From assembly GCA_039191645.1 (NCBI GenBank), contig JBCCXO010000007.1, positions 19,255 to 51,254 on the forward strand: a DNA stretch of 32,000 nt. The letters are read 5' to 3'. The notes under the pieces are model-generated. The model was not told the DNA's origin and ran no database searches. It worked only from the letters and a program-made list of their open reading frames with translations. This DNA comes from Pseudomonadota bacterium. Its GTDB lineage: Bacteria > Pseudomonadota > Alphaproteobacteria > Rhizobiales > Rhizobiaceae. This document shows positions 9,543 through 19,557 of this stretch, in pieces. Each line of letters opens with the position of its first letter. Positions within the stretch are counted from its first letter, which is position 1. The translations under genes were made by a program, and so were the position numbers.

Positions 9543-9755
9543 CTAATACTTGAAAGCATAGCCAGCGATTGCATGCGCTGCAGATCTGGCTTCCTTCCAA
9601 AATGGTTGCTCCGCTTTTCGGCCCAACAGCCTGCCAAAAGCCAGGGCGATGGCTGAGCAAACGAACAGAATCATGACAAGAAACTTGAACTCCATCGTCT
9701 CAACAAACGTTGTACGATGCGTTTCGGCTTGTCTTGGGATTTGAACATCAGACAT
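9543..9755 (-). CDS. pufQ: PufQ-like protein
   Basis: 70 aa single-TM protein at the bchZ-pufQ-pufB position; EFKFLVMILFVCSAIALAFG and C-terminal WKEARSAAHAIAGY pattern. Start ATG 9755 after AGGAGGAG. Confidence 0.75.
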   Translation of the reverse strand: MSDVQIPRQAETHRTTFVETMEFKFLVMILFVCSAIALAFGRLLGRKAEQPFWKEARSAAHAIAGYAFKY

Positions 9756-9793
9756 GTTTTCTCCTCCTACTTTCGAATTTACTTCCTGCGAAA

Positions 9794-11254
9794 TCATGCG
9801 ACTCTCCTCAAAAGAGACTTGCTGGATTCTTCAACCCGTAGAGCCGTCACCTGCGCTTCACCTTTTTCAATCGCATCTTTTTCCGCTTTATCCCGAAGAG
9901 CCTTGGCTGCAGAAATACGAACGAGAATTGGTTGCCGATCGACCACCTCATCAAGCTTGCTGCGGGCAGAATTCTCCCAAGGCAGGGTATTTTCTGATTT
10001 TGACGGAACAGCCGCCGCCTGTGCATCCATGTCGCTTTGGAGCGGCAGAATATGGAAAAGCGCATCAAACAATGAATTGCTAATTTCCTGAATAAGATAA
10101 CTTGCGCCGGCGTTCCCCATAAACGGTGTGCCCGTATGCCGACGGATAATTGCACCCGGAAATGACGCCGGAATGTAAGTGGCCCGGGATCCCTGATCTG
10201 CGAGGTACATGCGTTCGTTATAAGAACCAAACACAATCATCGGCGATGTATTTGCAATCAAATCTTGGACTTCGCCGTTATCGGTTTTCACGCCCGCTTT
10301 CCTGGAAATGGCAAATTTGCACGGCAGGCCAAGTTCTTCTGACAGAAAGTTCTGCAATCCACGCGTGTAGGTTTCATTGGCAACCACTGCAAAGCTGGCA
10401 GTACCAAAGAAATCTTGCGTGACGGAACGCCACAAATCCCACATAGGCTTCAAAGTTGTATGTTTTTCCTGCTCAATGAAGGGCTCCGGATCAAGCCCAA
10501 GGGTTTCGCCAAGGGATCGAAGGAATGCAGCGGTGGAATGAATGCCGATGGGCGCTTGGAAGTATGGACGATCCAATTCCTCGCACAGCATCCGGCCAAA
10601 TTCCCGATACATACAAATATTGGCTTCAGCATTGGACAACCGATTGATGTCCGCCAAATGGGAGCCTAGAGGAAACGTCATATTCACTTCAGCACCTAGG
10701 CCTTCAACGAGTCTCCGGATTTCAGCGAGGTCGGAGGGCATATTGAACGTCCCGTACATCGGACCAATGATGTTGACCTTTGGTTTCTCACCTTCTTTTC
10801 TATTTTTGACAGCGGGAACCTTACCCTTCTTCGGACCAAATTCAGTCCAAAGCCATTTGAGAGCCCGATCCGCGGATTGCCACTGATCTTCGTCAATCGT
10901 ACGCGGTAAGAAACGCTGAACATTGGCACCTTCCGGCGTAACACCCCCACCAATCATTTCAGCAATCGAGCCTGTCACCACAACAGCAGGTAAATCGGGA
11001 TCAAGGACAGATCGGGATCTGCGCATCGCATTCTCGGTTCCATGTTGCCCAAGCTCTTCTTCACCAAGCCCAGTGACAACAATCGGCAATTCATGCGGCG
11101 GCAACGCATCGGTGTAATGAAGCACAGAAGTTACGGGAAGATTTTCGCACCCTACCGGACCATCGATAATCACCTGAAGGCCCTTAATCGCTGTAAACGC
11201 ATAAACCGAGCCCCAATATCCACCGGCACGATCATGATCGAGGATTAGCGTCAT
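9794..11254 (-). CDS. bchZ: Chlorophyllide a reductase subunit Z
   Basis: [64 protein letters not shown]. Start at 11254 gives an ATGA overlap with bchY; the 34 upstream codons in the ORF track lie in bchY. Confidence 0.97.
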   Translation of the reverse strand: MTLILDHDRAGGYWGSVYAFTAIKGLQVIIDGPVGCENLPVTSVLHYTDALPPHELPIVVTGLGEEELGQHGTENAMRRSRSVLDPDLPAVVVTGSIAEMIGGGVTPEGANVQRFLPRTIDEDQWQSADRALKWLWTEFGPKKGKVPAVKNRKEGEKPKVNIIGPMYGTFNMPSDLAEIRRLVEGLGAEVNMTFPLGSHLADINRLSNAEANICMYREFGRMLCEELDRPYFQAPIGIHSTAAFLRSLGETLGLDPEPFIEQEKHTTLKPMWDLWRSVTQDFFGTASFAVVANETYTRGLQNFLSEELGLPCKFAISRKAGVKTDNGEVQDLIANTSPMIVFGSYNERMYLADQGSRATYIPASFPGAIIRRHTGTPFMGNAGASYLIQEISNSLFDALFHILPLQSDMDAQAAAVPSKSENTLPWENSARSKLDEVVDRQPILVRISAAKALRDKAEKDAIEKGEAQVTALRVEESSKSLLRRVA

Positions 11255-12825
11255 GATCCCACCGCCTCCCCCGCATCGACAGCGTTTGCAGCTCTCGCAG
11301 CACGGGCAGCAAACTTCTTCTTGAACTGTGGTCGGTCTTCGGGGGTTTTCTCCCAAACGCCTGCTGCGTGCCCCTCGCCTACACCGTCAAAGAACTCTGA
11401 CATCGCATCAAAACGGGATTTATTTGCAATAGCAGCGTTGACTACCTGCGCCAGCGAACCTGCTCCGGCAGGTCCCATTAGCGGACGCGCAGAAATCAAA
11501 TTGGTAAAGTAAAGTGCGGGCGTTGATGTTTCTTTTGCCTTCTGAACGACAGGAGTGGTTCCAATCGCCAAGTCGGGCTTGTACTCATGAAAAGCGGCAA
11601 GGTCATCTTCTAGCGATGCACGAAACTTCACGGTGACACCCCGTGCTTCCAACCATTCCCGATCCGGGTCGGACCACCGCGTTTTTGGGCATGCAGAACC
11701 GACATAACGAACATCGGCACCACTTTCAATCAGCAGACGCGCCACGAGCAACTCAGATCCCTCATAGCCGGAAAGCGTTATTCTCCCGTCAATCGGCATT
11801 GCACCAAGTGCGCCTTGAATTGCCGGAAGAATCTGCGCCTTTGCCCTGTCGACATCCTGACTTGCAACATTGCAAACCCGACCGATCGCATCCAGCCAAT
11901 CAGCCGTTCCATCGACACCAACTGGCGCTGAACCAACGATAGGCTTACCGGCTTCCTGAAACTCTCGAATGGACGCAGTATAAAACGGGTGAATGGCTGC
12001 AACAGCGCCACAATCAAGTGCCGAATAGAGTTCACGCCATTCACGTGTAGGCACTACAGTTCCTGCCCGAAGCCCCATGGGTTCAAGCATCGCGCCGATA
12101 CCAACCGGATCTGCCGGGAACATTTCACCCAACAGAGTTATGGTAGGCCTGTCGTCCTGGGAGGGGTTATCAGGCGCCGCTACAGGTCCGCTTTCAATTT
12201 CTCTTCGGGCATAGGCAAGCATCTTGCCGGCTAAAACATCTTTTGCTTCAGCGTGCGTTGGCACACCAAAGCCCGGCACATCAATTCCAATGATGCGAAC
12301 ACCGTCAATGACCTCTGGCAACATTTGAAGTGGTACACCGGAGGCGGTGGGAACACAAAGGTTAGTCACAACAATGGCATCGTATTTTTCAGGATCAGCC
12401 ATTTCGTGAACCGCATCGCGAATGTCTTCGTACAGTTTGCCTGTAACAAGGCTCTCTGAATCAAACGGAACATAGCCAACTGTGCGCCGTGCTCCATAAA
12501 AGTGCGATGTGAAGGTAAGTCCATAGACGCAACAGGCAGAGCCGGAAAGAATTGTAGCAGTGCGACGCATCCGAAGACCGACCCGTAAAGAACCAAAGGC
12601 AGGGCACATGCTCTGAGGCTGATCATGCGGTCCTTTCGGATAGTCTTTTGCCAACTTATCCAGAAGCTCGCTCTTGCCTGCTTTTTCTGCCGCTTTCTTC
12701 ATTTTCTCGGCACCAGCATGACATCCGAAACCATCTTCGGCAGGAGCTACGTCGGTGTCAGAAATTTCTTCTTTCACCGGCTCAACCGTACTGCTTTCGT
12801 ATTGGAGGGGAGTTTCGTCTGTCAT
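11251..12825 (-). CDS. bchY: Chlorophyllide a reductase subunit Y
   Basis: [60 protein letters not shown]. Confidence 0.97.
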   Translation of the reverse strand: MTDETPLQYESSTVEPVKEEISDTDVAPAEDGFGCHAGAEKMKKAAEKAGKSELLDKLAKDYPKGPHDQPQSMCPAFGSLRVGLRMRRTATILSGSACCVYGLTFTSHFYGARRTVGYVPFDSESLVTGKLYEDIRDAVHEMADPEKYDAIVVTNLCVPTASGVPLQMLPEVIDGVRIIGIDVPGFGVPTHAEAKDVLAGKMLAYARREIESGPVAAPDNPSQDDRPTITLLGEMFPADPVGIGAMLEPMGLRAGTVVPTREWRELYSALDCGAVAAIHPFYTASIREFQEAGKPIVGSAPVGVDGTADWLDAIGRVCNVASQDVDRAKAQILPAIQGALGAMPIDGRITLSGYEGSELLVARLLIESGADVRYVGSACPKTRWSDPDREWLEARGVTVKFRASLEDDLAAFHEYKPDLAIGTTPVVQKAKETSTPALYFTNLISARPLMGPAGAGSLAQVVNAAIANKSRFDAMSEFFDGVGEGHAAGVWEKTPEDRPQFKKKFAARAARAANAVDAGEAVGS

Positions 12826-12831
12826 GCCGGA

Positions 12832-13854
12832 TCACAAATTGTCGTAGACAACCTCCAAAGATTTTCGGGAAATGATAGAAGGATCACACATATCTTCCGG
12901 CAACGCCGGCTCAAGCACGTAATCCGCACCAGTTTCCTTGGATGAAAACAGACCTAGTAACCCCTCCTGATCCAGCGGTGCTGGTTGGCGTGGTGGGGCA
13001 GACATCATGTTTGTTGCAAGTTCAGAGAACATGGGTCCCCACTTGCCTTTGGGATCACCCACTATTTTATAGCTGGCTGACTTTCGTCGAATATCTTCAT
13101 CTTGCGGAATGGCAGAAAGAACCGGGATCCCGACTTTTTCAGCAAATGCATGTGCTTCGCCCGTGCCATCGTCTTTGTTGATCAGCATACCGGCAACACC
13201 AACATTTCCGCCCAACTTGCGGAAGTATTCCACTGCCGAACAGACATTGTTTGCAACGTACAGCGATTGTAGGTCGTTCGATCCAACGACAATGACCTTT
13301 TGGCACATGTCACGGGCTATCGGCAGGCCAAAGCCGCCACAAACTACATCACCGAGAAAATCTAACAGAACGTAATCGAAATCCCAGTCATGAAAACCGA
13401 GCTTTTCCAGGAGTTCAAACCCGTGGATAATTCCGCGTCCGCCACATCCGCGTCCAACTTCAGGGCCGCCCAATTCCATGGCAAAAACACCATCACGCTT
13501 GAAGCAAACATCCGAGATTGAAACTTCATCTCCCGCGGCCTTTTTCGCCGCCGATGTCTCGATAATCGTAGGACAAGAGCGACCACCAAACAGCAGGGAA
13601 GTTGTATCAGATTTAGGATCACAGCCGATCAGCAGAACCTTCTTACCCTGTTGCGCCAGATTATATGACAGATTTGCAAGTGTGAAACTTTTACCAATGC
13701 CGCCTTTTCCATAGATGGCAATGATCTGTGTCTCTTTGGTTACGTCGCCAGTATGAACAGGGTCTGGCTCAATTGCCGCCTCCTGACGTAGCAACTCCAA
13801 GGTCTCTGTGTCGGCATCGTCGTGACGATCTTTTGGGATAATTCCTTCGGTCAT
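12832..13854 (-). CDS. bchX: Chlorophyllide a reductase iron protein subunit X
   Basis: IIAIYGKGGIGKSFTLANLSYNLAQQGKKVLLIGCDPKSDTTSLLFGG. Start 13854 gives an ATGA overlap with bchC. Confidence 0.97.
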   Translation of the reverse strand: MTEGIIPKDRHDDADTETLELLRQEAAIEPDPVHTGDVTKETQIIAIYGKGGIGKSFTLANLSYNLAQQGKKVLLIGCDPKSDTTSLLFGGRSCPTIIETSAAKKAAGDEVSISDVCFKRDGVFAMELGGPEVGRGCGGRGIIHGFELLEKLGFHDWDFDYVLLDFLGDVVCGGFGLPIARDMCQKVIVVGSNDLQSLYVANNVCSAVEYFRKLGGNVGVAGMLINKDDGTGEAHAFAEKVGIPVLSAIPQDEDIRRKSASYKIVGDPKGKWGPMFSELATNMMSAPPRQPAPLDQEGLLGLFSSKETGADYVLEPALPEDMCDPSIISRKSLEVVYDNL

Positions 13855-14792
13855 GCGGCCTCTTTCCAGTTCAAAACCATTTTCAGGCATTCCGGATCTT
13901 CAAATGCCGATTGATACGCTTCAGTTGCCAATGTAGCTGTCTGACGATGGCTGATTAGCCCTCCCAGTGAGAGGCGTCCGGAGTTAACAAGGTTGCGCAC
14001 CACAATGAGATCATTCGGCTTCCATTCAGCAGAAATCCGTAGGCGCGCTTCTTTCATAAATGCCGGGGAAAAATCGAAGGTGATGGGCACTGAATAAAAC
14101 CCGGCAAGGATAATCTCACCGCTCGGTGCGAGAGATTTAATAAGATGGTTGAGCAGCGATGCATCGCCGGACAAATCCATGATGCAATCATATGGTTTGC
14201 CCTCGTCGTTTTGAGGTTCGATGACCTGAAACCCGTCGGGACTGTCTGCGCGTTGCTTCTCCTTTTCCCAGATAACTGGGGCATTTCCGCCAAGGGACAC
14301 ACACAATCGAGCGGCAAGGCGACCTAAAATACCGTTACCTACAATAAGGCTCGGCAGCCTCGTGCCATTGTGTGTCAAAGCATGATGGGCCGTTGCGGCG
14401 AGCGCCAACAAAACAGCGTCTTCCCCTGATCCCTCTGGCACCGCAAATGCTTTCTCATTCTCAACCAACAGGTGTGAGGCGGCACCACCAAACAATCCGC
14501 GAACTTCGTCATATGCTGAACATCCTGGGACAAACACGAGCTCATCGATTCGTTGCTGAAGACTGGCAGGCGCATCAACGATTTTGCCAACCGTTTCATA
14601 TCCAGGAACAAGCGGATATCCCATCCCAGGGAAGTTTGGCATCCGGCCTTCCCAAAGCAGACGCTCGGTACCTGCGCTTATGCCGGACCACACAGTCTCT
14701 ACCACAACAGCCTTCTCAGAAGCGCCACTCATGTGGGTTTCTTCGAGGATAAGCTTTTGCGGCTCTTCAAATATAACGGCCTTAACCTGCAT
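13851..14792 (-). CDS. bchC: 3-hydroxyethyl bacteriochlorophyllide a dehydrogenase
   Basis: SGISAGTERLLWEGRMPNFPGMGYPLVPGYETVG, IVGNGILGRLAARL; position crtF-bchC-bchX. Start ATG 14792, alternative TTG 14804. Confidence 0.95.
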   Translation of the reverse strand: MQVKAVIFEEPQKLILEETHMSGASEKAVVVETVWSGISAGTERLLWEGRMPNFPGMGYPLVPGYETVGKIVDAPASLQQRIDELVFVPGCSAYDEVRGLFGGAASHLLVENEKAFAVPEGSGEDAVLLALAATAHHALTHNGTRLPSLIVGNGILGRLAARLCVSLGGNAPVIWEKEKQRADSPDGFQVIEPQNDEGKPYDCIMDLSGDASLLNHLIKSLAPSGEIILAGFYSVPITFDFSPAFMKEARLRISAEWKPNDLIVVRNLVNSGRLSLGGLISHRQTATLATEAYQSAFEDPECLKMVLNWKEAA

Positions 14793-14833
14793 TTTTCCAA
14801 CCAATGCGCAAATTACGAATTGGACTCCCTAAG

Positions 14834-14865
14834 TGTCATAATATTTAGACACTTTATATTGTCAA
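14834..14865 (-). promoter_or_regulatory. bchC promoter with overlapping CrtJ/PpsR-type palindrome
   Basis: On the - strand: TTGACA (14865-14860), 16-bp spacer, TATTAT (14843-14838). The palindrome TGTCTAAATATTATGACA (14851-14834) covers the -10. Confidence 0.8.
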
Positions 14866-14888
14866 GATTTTCAGAGACTTAAATCGCA

Positions 14889-16001
14889 TTATTTTTGTGC
14901 GGAAATTATGCTGGTAACGAACGGAGAGCGGGTCGGAATCCGTTTAACACTGCTGAATCCAGCGTTTTTCAGCATGATTCTGACTTCTTCGGGTGTTCTG
15001 GGCCTTCCGCTTCCCATCGCGTAAAGGTAAAAATTAAAGTAGGCATCGCTGATGCGGTGAGCATGTTTGCCTGTGGACATGGGCTCGCAAATCAACAACG
15101 TTTTGTCCGATTCAAGTGCATTGTAGGCCGCCGTGAGGATCTTCCTCACCGCCTCATCATCATGATCATGAATAATCCGAACCAAAGTAATGACATCCGC
15201 TCCTTTTGGTAGATCGTCATCAAAAAAGGAACCGCCGCAAAATTCCATCCGGTAATGCGCAGAGCTCTCTTTGGTCTTATCGCGTGCCAGGTCTACAACC
15301 TCTGGAAGATCAAACAGGACAAGATCAAGATGTTGATAGGCCTCTCCGATGTTCGACAGAAAAGTGCCCTGCCCACCCCCTACATCCATCAGCTTACGAT
15401 AATCCATAAAGTCAATGGCCGCGATAACTTCCTCAGAGACCATCTGCTGACTGGCGCTCATGAGTGCAGAATAAGGGGCAACGGCCTCCTGTTGTGCCGA
15501 CTTCGGATGCGTATTTCGCGCGTAATCCCAATACCTTGAAAGATTTGTTTCCTGTCGACCACTCTGCAGTAAAGATACGGGGTCTTGAAGGTCCTGATAA
15601 AGGGCCTTGTGATGCCTGATCATCGCCAATGCGCCCTCATTGATGGACAGCGCTGCGCCAAGATCGCCCAGCCGAAAACGATTGTTGCGCTCCTCGAGCA
15701 ACCGCAATGCTGCGGCTCCCTTTGCTAATCTTTTGGTCTCGTCCACACCTAACCCAATGTGCTGTGCCAACGCATCCAATGTCGCACCACGTTTGCGAAG
15801 TTGAGGGCATGAAAAAACATCAAGCTCAACGCACGCGACTAAAATTTGGGAATATACAAAGCCTGATACCACATCAAAAACTTCGCTTTGCCGCTTACGA
15901 ACGATTGGGCGTGTCAGGGGAAACTTTAGTGCAAACCGATGAAACTCCGGCGAAGTCAGGCACTTGTCGCGAAAATCAAGCCATGCATCGTAGATGCCCA
16001 T
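14889..16001 (-). CDS. crtF: Hydroxyneurosporene/demethylspheroidene O-methyltransferase
   Basis: LMDVGGGQGTFLSNIGEAYQHLDLVLFDLPEVV; position crtE-crtF-bchC. Start at ATG 16001 (MGIYDAWLDFRDKCLTSPEFHRFALKFPLTRPI). Confidence 0.94.
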   Translation of the reverse strand: MGIYDAWLDFRDKCLTSPEFHRFALKFPLTRPIVRKRQSEVFDVVSGFVYSQILVACVELDVFSCPQLRKRGATLDALAQHIGLGVDETKRLAKGAAALRLLEERNNRFRLGDLGAALSINEGALAMIRHHKALYQDLQDPVSLLQSGRQETNLSRYWDYARNTHPKSAQQEAVAPYSALMSASQQMVSEEVIAAIDFMDYRKLMDVGGGQGTFLSNIGEAYQHLDLVLFDLPEVVDLARDKTKESSAHYRMEFCGGSFFDDDLPKGADVITLVRIIHDHDDEAVRKILTAAYNALESDKTLLICEPMSTGKHAHRISDAYFNFYLYAMGSGRPRTPEEVRIMLKNAGFSSVKRIPTRSPFVTSIISAQK

Positions 16002-16021
16002 GTGTGGAACTGCCCAGCTTG

Positions 16022-16924
16022 CTAAGCAGCTGATTTTGCGAGTTTTGCAGGAACAAGTCGGGTTGCCTGAGCCATAATCAGACCACGCAGCTCTGAAGCG
16101 CCTTTGCAATCAGGGATTGAATCAACCGCATCTTGAATTGTTTTTCGCAAGCGACTCATCGCTCCATCCACGCCATACTTTGCCACCGCGTTCGGACGAG
16201 AGAGCGTCAGATCCTGTGAGACTGGCTTGTCACACTCCTCAGCAAGACCAACCGCGTCCATTAGATCATCCGCGATTTGATAGGCACTTCCAATTAAATC
16301 TCCTAGCGGGCACCATGCCTTTGGATCTTGTCCAGCCGCGATGGCGCCCGCGGACACCGCGCAGACAAACAGGGAGCCCGTCTTAGCACGATGATATTCC
16401 TTTATGTCGATGTGTTGCTCGCTTTCCCAAGCCTGGCCGGCGACAATACCAGACGGCATGCCGACCGCGCTGGCAGTGCAACGGATCAGTTGAGCCATGG
16501 TTTCAGGCCTTGATGCGCTCGTCCGGCAAATTGTGTTAAACGCTTCCACAATCAAAGCATCGCCGGCGAGTACGGCAATCGGTTCACCATAAAGCTTATG
16601 CACGCTGGCTTTACCGCGTCTGGTATCGGCATCATCAAAACAAGGGAGATCATCATGAACTAGGGAGGCGCAGTGCAACAGCTCAATTGCAGCAGCGGCG
16701 CCATCTGCAATCCGCTCTTCCTTTGAACCACAAGCTGCAGCAATAGACACGCAAAGCTGAGGCCTCACCCTCGCCCCACCTGGGAAAACCGCATATTGTA
16801 CTGCTTTTGCCAATTTTGGTGGACAGGAAGGGGCTGTCGCATGTTCGATAGCTTCCTCCAGGCACGCCTCTACTCTGGCTACCATCTCCATATCCACCTC
16901 CATGCTGTCTAAAAAATTAGACAT
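16022..16924 (-). CDS. crtE: Geranylgeranyl diphosphate synthase
   Basis: FPGGARVRPQL, LLHCASLVHDDLPCFDDADTRRG, YQIADDLMD. Start chosen at ATG 16924 (MSNFLDSMEVDMEM). Confidence 0.94.
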   Translation of the reverse strand: MSNFLDSMEVDMEMVARVEACLEEAIEHATAPSCPPKLAKAVQYAVFPGGARVRPQLCVSIAAACGSKEERIADGAAAAIELLHCASLVHDDLPCFDDADTRRGKASVHKLYGEPIAVLAGDALIVEAFNTICRTSASRPETMAQLIRCTASAVGMPSGIVAGQAWESEQHIDIKEYHRAKTGSLFVCAVSAGAIAAGQDPKAWCPLGDLIGSAYQIADDLMDAVGLAEECDKPVSQDLTLSRPNAVAKYGVDGAMSRLRKTIQDAVDSIPDCKGASELRGLIMAQATRLVPAKLAKSAA

Positions 16925-16993
16925 ATTGATTTGTTGAGTAATATTGACGATATTTTCTATCAATGCAAGCGGAACAAACGAGCCAGGAGTAAA

Positions 16994-18499
16994 ATGCACA
17001 TCGAGAAACACGGAAAGATCAACAACAGAACCCTTATCATCGGTGCCGGCATGGCGGGACTTGCGGCGGCTGTATGCCTATCTGCAAAAGGCGAAAATGT
17101 TGTTGTTCTGGAAGCACACGATAATCCTGGTGGAAAGATGCGCCAGATTAACAGTGATATCGGTGGCATTGATTCAGGACCAACCGTGTTCACCATGAAA
17201 TACGTGTTTGATAAGCTTTTCGACCTCGCCGGCACCACGGTGGAGAATGAGTTAAACCTGGAAAAGGCTACCGTCCTTGCCAGACATGCATGGGATGATC
17301 AGGGCGTATTTGACCTCTATGCCGACCGGGAACAGAGTACACAGGCAATCGCGCAATTCTTCGATTCGGAAAACGCAAGAGGCTATGAACGCTTCTGCAG
17401 AGATGCAGGTCATATCTACGAAACGCTGAAAGATACGTTTATGGATGCGCAGCGTCCCGGGCCTCTGGAGCTGGGAAGCCGAGTCGGACTGACAAGGTTA
17501 CCAACGCTTTGGAAACTAAAACCGCTAAGCACCCTATGGTCAGCCCTCCAAGGCTATTTTCCGGATTCCAGACTTCAACAGCTTTTTGGCAGATACGGCA
17601 CCTATGTTGGCTCCTCACCGTTTCAGGCCCCGGCAACGCTCATGTTGATCGCGCACGTTGAACAGGAAGGTGTTTGGCTAATCAAAAATGGGATGTTTGA
17701 ACTTTCAAAAGCACTCTCGCGGATCGCTGGTAACAATGGCGCGGAAATACGCCGGCATTCAAAGGTTGCAAAAATCATTGTCGAGGGCGGAAGTGCCAGA
17801 GGTGTGGAATTGGAGTCCGGTGAATTGTTGATAGGCTCCAACATTCTTTATTGTGGTGACGTTTCTGATCTGCCGCATAAAGTTACCGACAAAACGAGAG
17901 ATGTTCCTGCGCCAGTTGCTCAAAAAGACCGCTCATTATCAGCGATAACCTGGTCCATGAGTGCGCGCACAACCGATTTTCCGCTATCAAGACACAATGT
18001 CTTTTTCGCCCAAGACTATCTGGAAGAATTTGAATCCATTTTCGACCGAGGCTACTCGCCAGTTCGCCCCACAGTCTACATCTGCGCGCAGGATCGGGAG
18101 GAAAGTGAAAACACGTTAGATGGGCCAGAACGCCTGCTTTGTCTAATCAATGCACCAGCGAATGGCGATATCAATACGCTTACCAAAAAGGAGCTCGAAC
18201 AATGTCAAACAAACATGACGGCAACACTAAACCGGTGCGGCCTGACGTTGGAGCCATTGCAGCAAGTGATCACACAGCCGTCGGATTTCAACAAAATGTT
18301 TCCAGGTTCAGGGGGAGCCCTTTACGGCAGAGCATCACACGGCTGGACGGCTTCGTTTGCGCGACCGGGAGCAAAGACAAAGATACCGCAATTGTATCTG
18401 GCGGGAGGGAGCGTCCACCCAGGGGCCGGAGTGCCGATGGCCACACTTTCGGGCATGCTGGCGGCGGAGCAGATTCTGAAGGACCGCGTTTTGACCTGA
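16994..18499 (+). CDS. crtD: Carotenoid 3,4-desaturase, CrtD family
   Basis: LIIGAGMAGLAAAVCLSAKGENVVVLEAHDNPGGKM, GPTVFTMKYVFDKLF, LYLAGGSVHPGAGVPMATLSGMLAA; divergent from crtE. Start ATG 16994 after AGGAG. Confidence 0.93.
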   Translation: MHIEKHGKINNRTLIIGAGMAGLAAAVCLSAKGENVVVLEAHDNPGGKMRQINSDIGGIDSGPTVFTMKYVFDKLFDLAGTTVENELNLEKATVLARHAWDDQGVFDLYADREQSTQAIAQFFDSENARGYERFCRDAGHIYETLKDTFMDAQRPGPLELGSRVGLTRLPTLWKLKPLSTLWSALQGYFPDSRLQQLFGRYGTYVGSSPFQAPATLMLIAHVEQEGVWLIKNGMFELSKALSRIAGNNGAEIRRHSKVAKIIVEGGSARGVELESGELLIGSNILYCGDVSDLPHKVTDKTRDVPAPVAQKDRSLSAITWSMSARTTDFPLSRHNVFFAQDYLEEFESIFDRGYSPVRPTVYICAQDREESENTLDGPERLLCLINAPANGDINTLTKKELEQCQTNMTATLNRCGLTLEPLQQVITQPSDFNKMFPGSGGALYGRASHGWTASFARPGAKTKIPQLYLAGGSVHPGAGVPMATLSGMLAAEQILKDRVLT

Positions 18500-19404
18500 A
18501 AGTTCCGCCCAATGGCTATGGCTGGTGGTACGCGGACGCGATAAGCGATGACGGCCGTTATGGATTCTCGATCATCGCCATGATTGGCTCTGTATTTTCA
18601 CCCTACTATGCCTGGGCAGGCAGAAACGAACCCGAAAACCACATCGCTTTAAACGTGGGCCTTTACGGCAAAGGCGTTAAGCGATGGACCATGACAGAAA
18701 GAGGCAGATCAGCGCTTACACAACAACCTGACCATCTCGGGATCGGACCAAGCAATCTGACCTGGGATGGAAAAGCGTTAAGGATTGAAATCGACGAATG
18801 GGCAAATCCATTCCCCAGAAAGGTAACAGGTACGATCACGATTATCCCGGAGGCATTAGCCGGAACCTCGTTTCAACTGGATGGCAAGGGCCGGCACTAT
18901 TGGCACCCTCTGGCACCTCGGGCTCGCACCAAAGTCAAATTCGACAAACCAGGCCTCGACTGGGAAGGCACTGCTTACATAGACAGCAATTGGGGGAGCG
19001 AACCGCTGGAAGCCGGGTTTGTGAATTGGGATTGGTCAAGAGCGCATCTGCACGATGGAACCGGAATCCTATATGATGCCTTCACCAGAGATGGCCAAAA
19101 TCGACAACTTGCATTGAGAATCAACAAAGATGGCACCGCGGATCAACTGGTCCCGCCCCCGCGCAGCACGCTTAAAAAAGGCCCTATTTGGCGTGTCAAC
19201 CGATCTACATTGTGTGCGACATCAACCGTGCCGAAGACCTTAAAAATGTTAGAGGATACGCCCTTCTATACCCGTTCTCATGTCAAAACGATGTTTGAAG
19301 AAGAAGCCGTTATTGCGGTTCATGAAAGTCTGGATTGCAACCGGTTCGCTAGCAATTGGGTACGTTGTTTATTACCCTTTAGAATGCCCAAGGTTACCCG
19401 GTGA
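18496..19404 (+). CDS. crtC: Hydroxyneurosporene synthase/carotenoid 1,2-hydratase; 5' boundary uncertain
   Basis: VPPNGYGWWYADAISDDGRYGFSIIAMIGSVFSPYYAWAG, HYWHPLAPRARTKVKFDKPGLDWEGTAYIDSNWGSEPLE. The recognised domain begins near the crtD stop. The nearest in-frame ATG is 18202, deep inside crtD; CTG 18496 overlaps the crtD TGA. Confidence 0.85.
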   Translation: MKVPPNGYGWWYADAISDDGRYGFSIIAMIGSVFSPYYAWAGRNEPENHIALNVGLYGKGVKRWTMTERGRSALTQQPDHLGIGPSNLTWDGKALRIEIDEWANPFPRKVTGTITIIPEALAGTSFQLDGKGRHYWHPLAPRARTKVKFDKPGLDWEGTAYIDSNWGSEPLEAGFVNWDWSRAHLHDGTGILYDAFTRDGQNRQLALRINKDGTADQLVPPPRSTLKKGPIWRVNRSTLCATSTVPKTLKMLEDTPFYTRSHVKTMFEEEAVIAVHESLDCNRFASNWVRCLLPFRMPKVTR

Positions 19405-19406
19405 TA

Positions 19407-19556
19407 TCAGTCGGAAGTCTCTTCAGCGCGCGCATTTCTCTCGGCATCTTCGCGGTCCAACTTGTTCAAACTATGCAATTGCCAAAAACAAAAGGCCATC
19501 AACGCACCAAAAGTGACGAAGAATTCAAATACAAAAACCATATCTGCAATGTTCAT
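19407..19556 (-). CDS. Small membrane protein, 49 aa, immediately downstream of tspO
   Basis: Own translation of the - strand: MNIADMVFVFEFFVTFGALMAFCFWQLHSLNKLDREDAERNARAEETSD*. One predicted TM helix plus charged tail; starts 1 nt after the tspO stop and fills the gap to crtC; below the ORF-track length cutoff. Confidence 0.75.
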   Translation of the reverse strand: MNIADMVFVFEFFVTFGALMAFCFWQLHSLNKLDREDAERNARAEETSD

Positions 19557-19557
19557 G

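Noticed and set aside
11643-12234. Overlapping short ORFs on both strands inside bchY
   Set aside because: No RBS, no conserved motifs, contained in a conserved enzyme gene.
18139-18495. N-terminal 119 codons of the ORF called at 18139 as part of crtC
   Set aside because: They overlap the conserved C-terminus of crtD in another frame and show no CrtC similarity; kept as a question about the start codon rather than as coding sequence.
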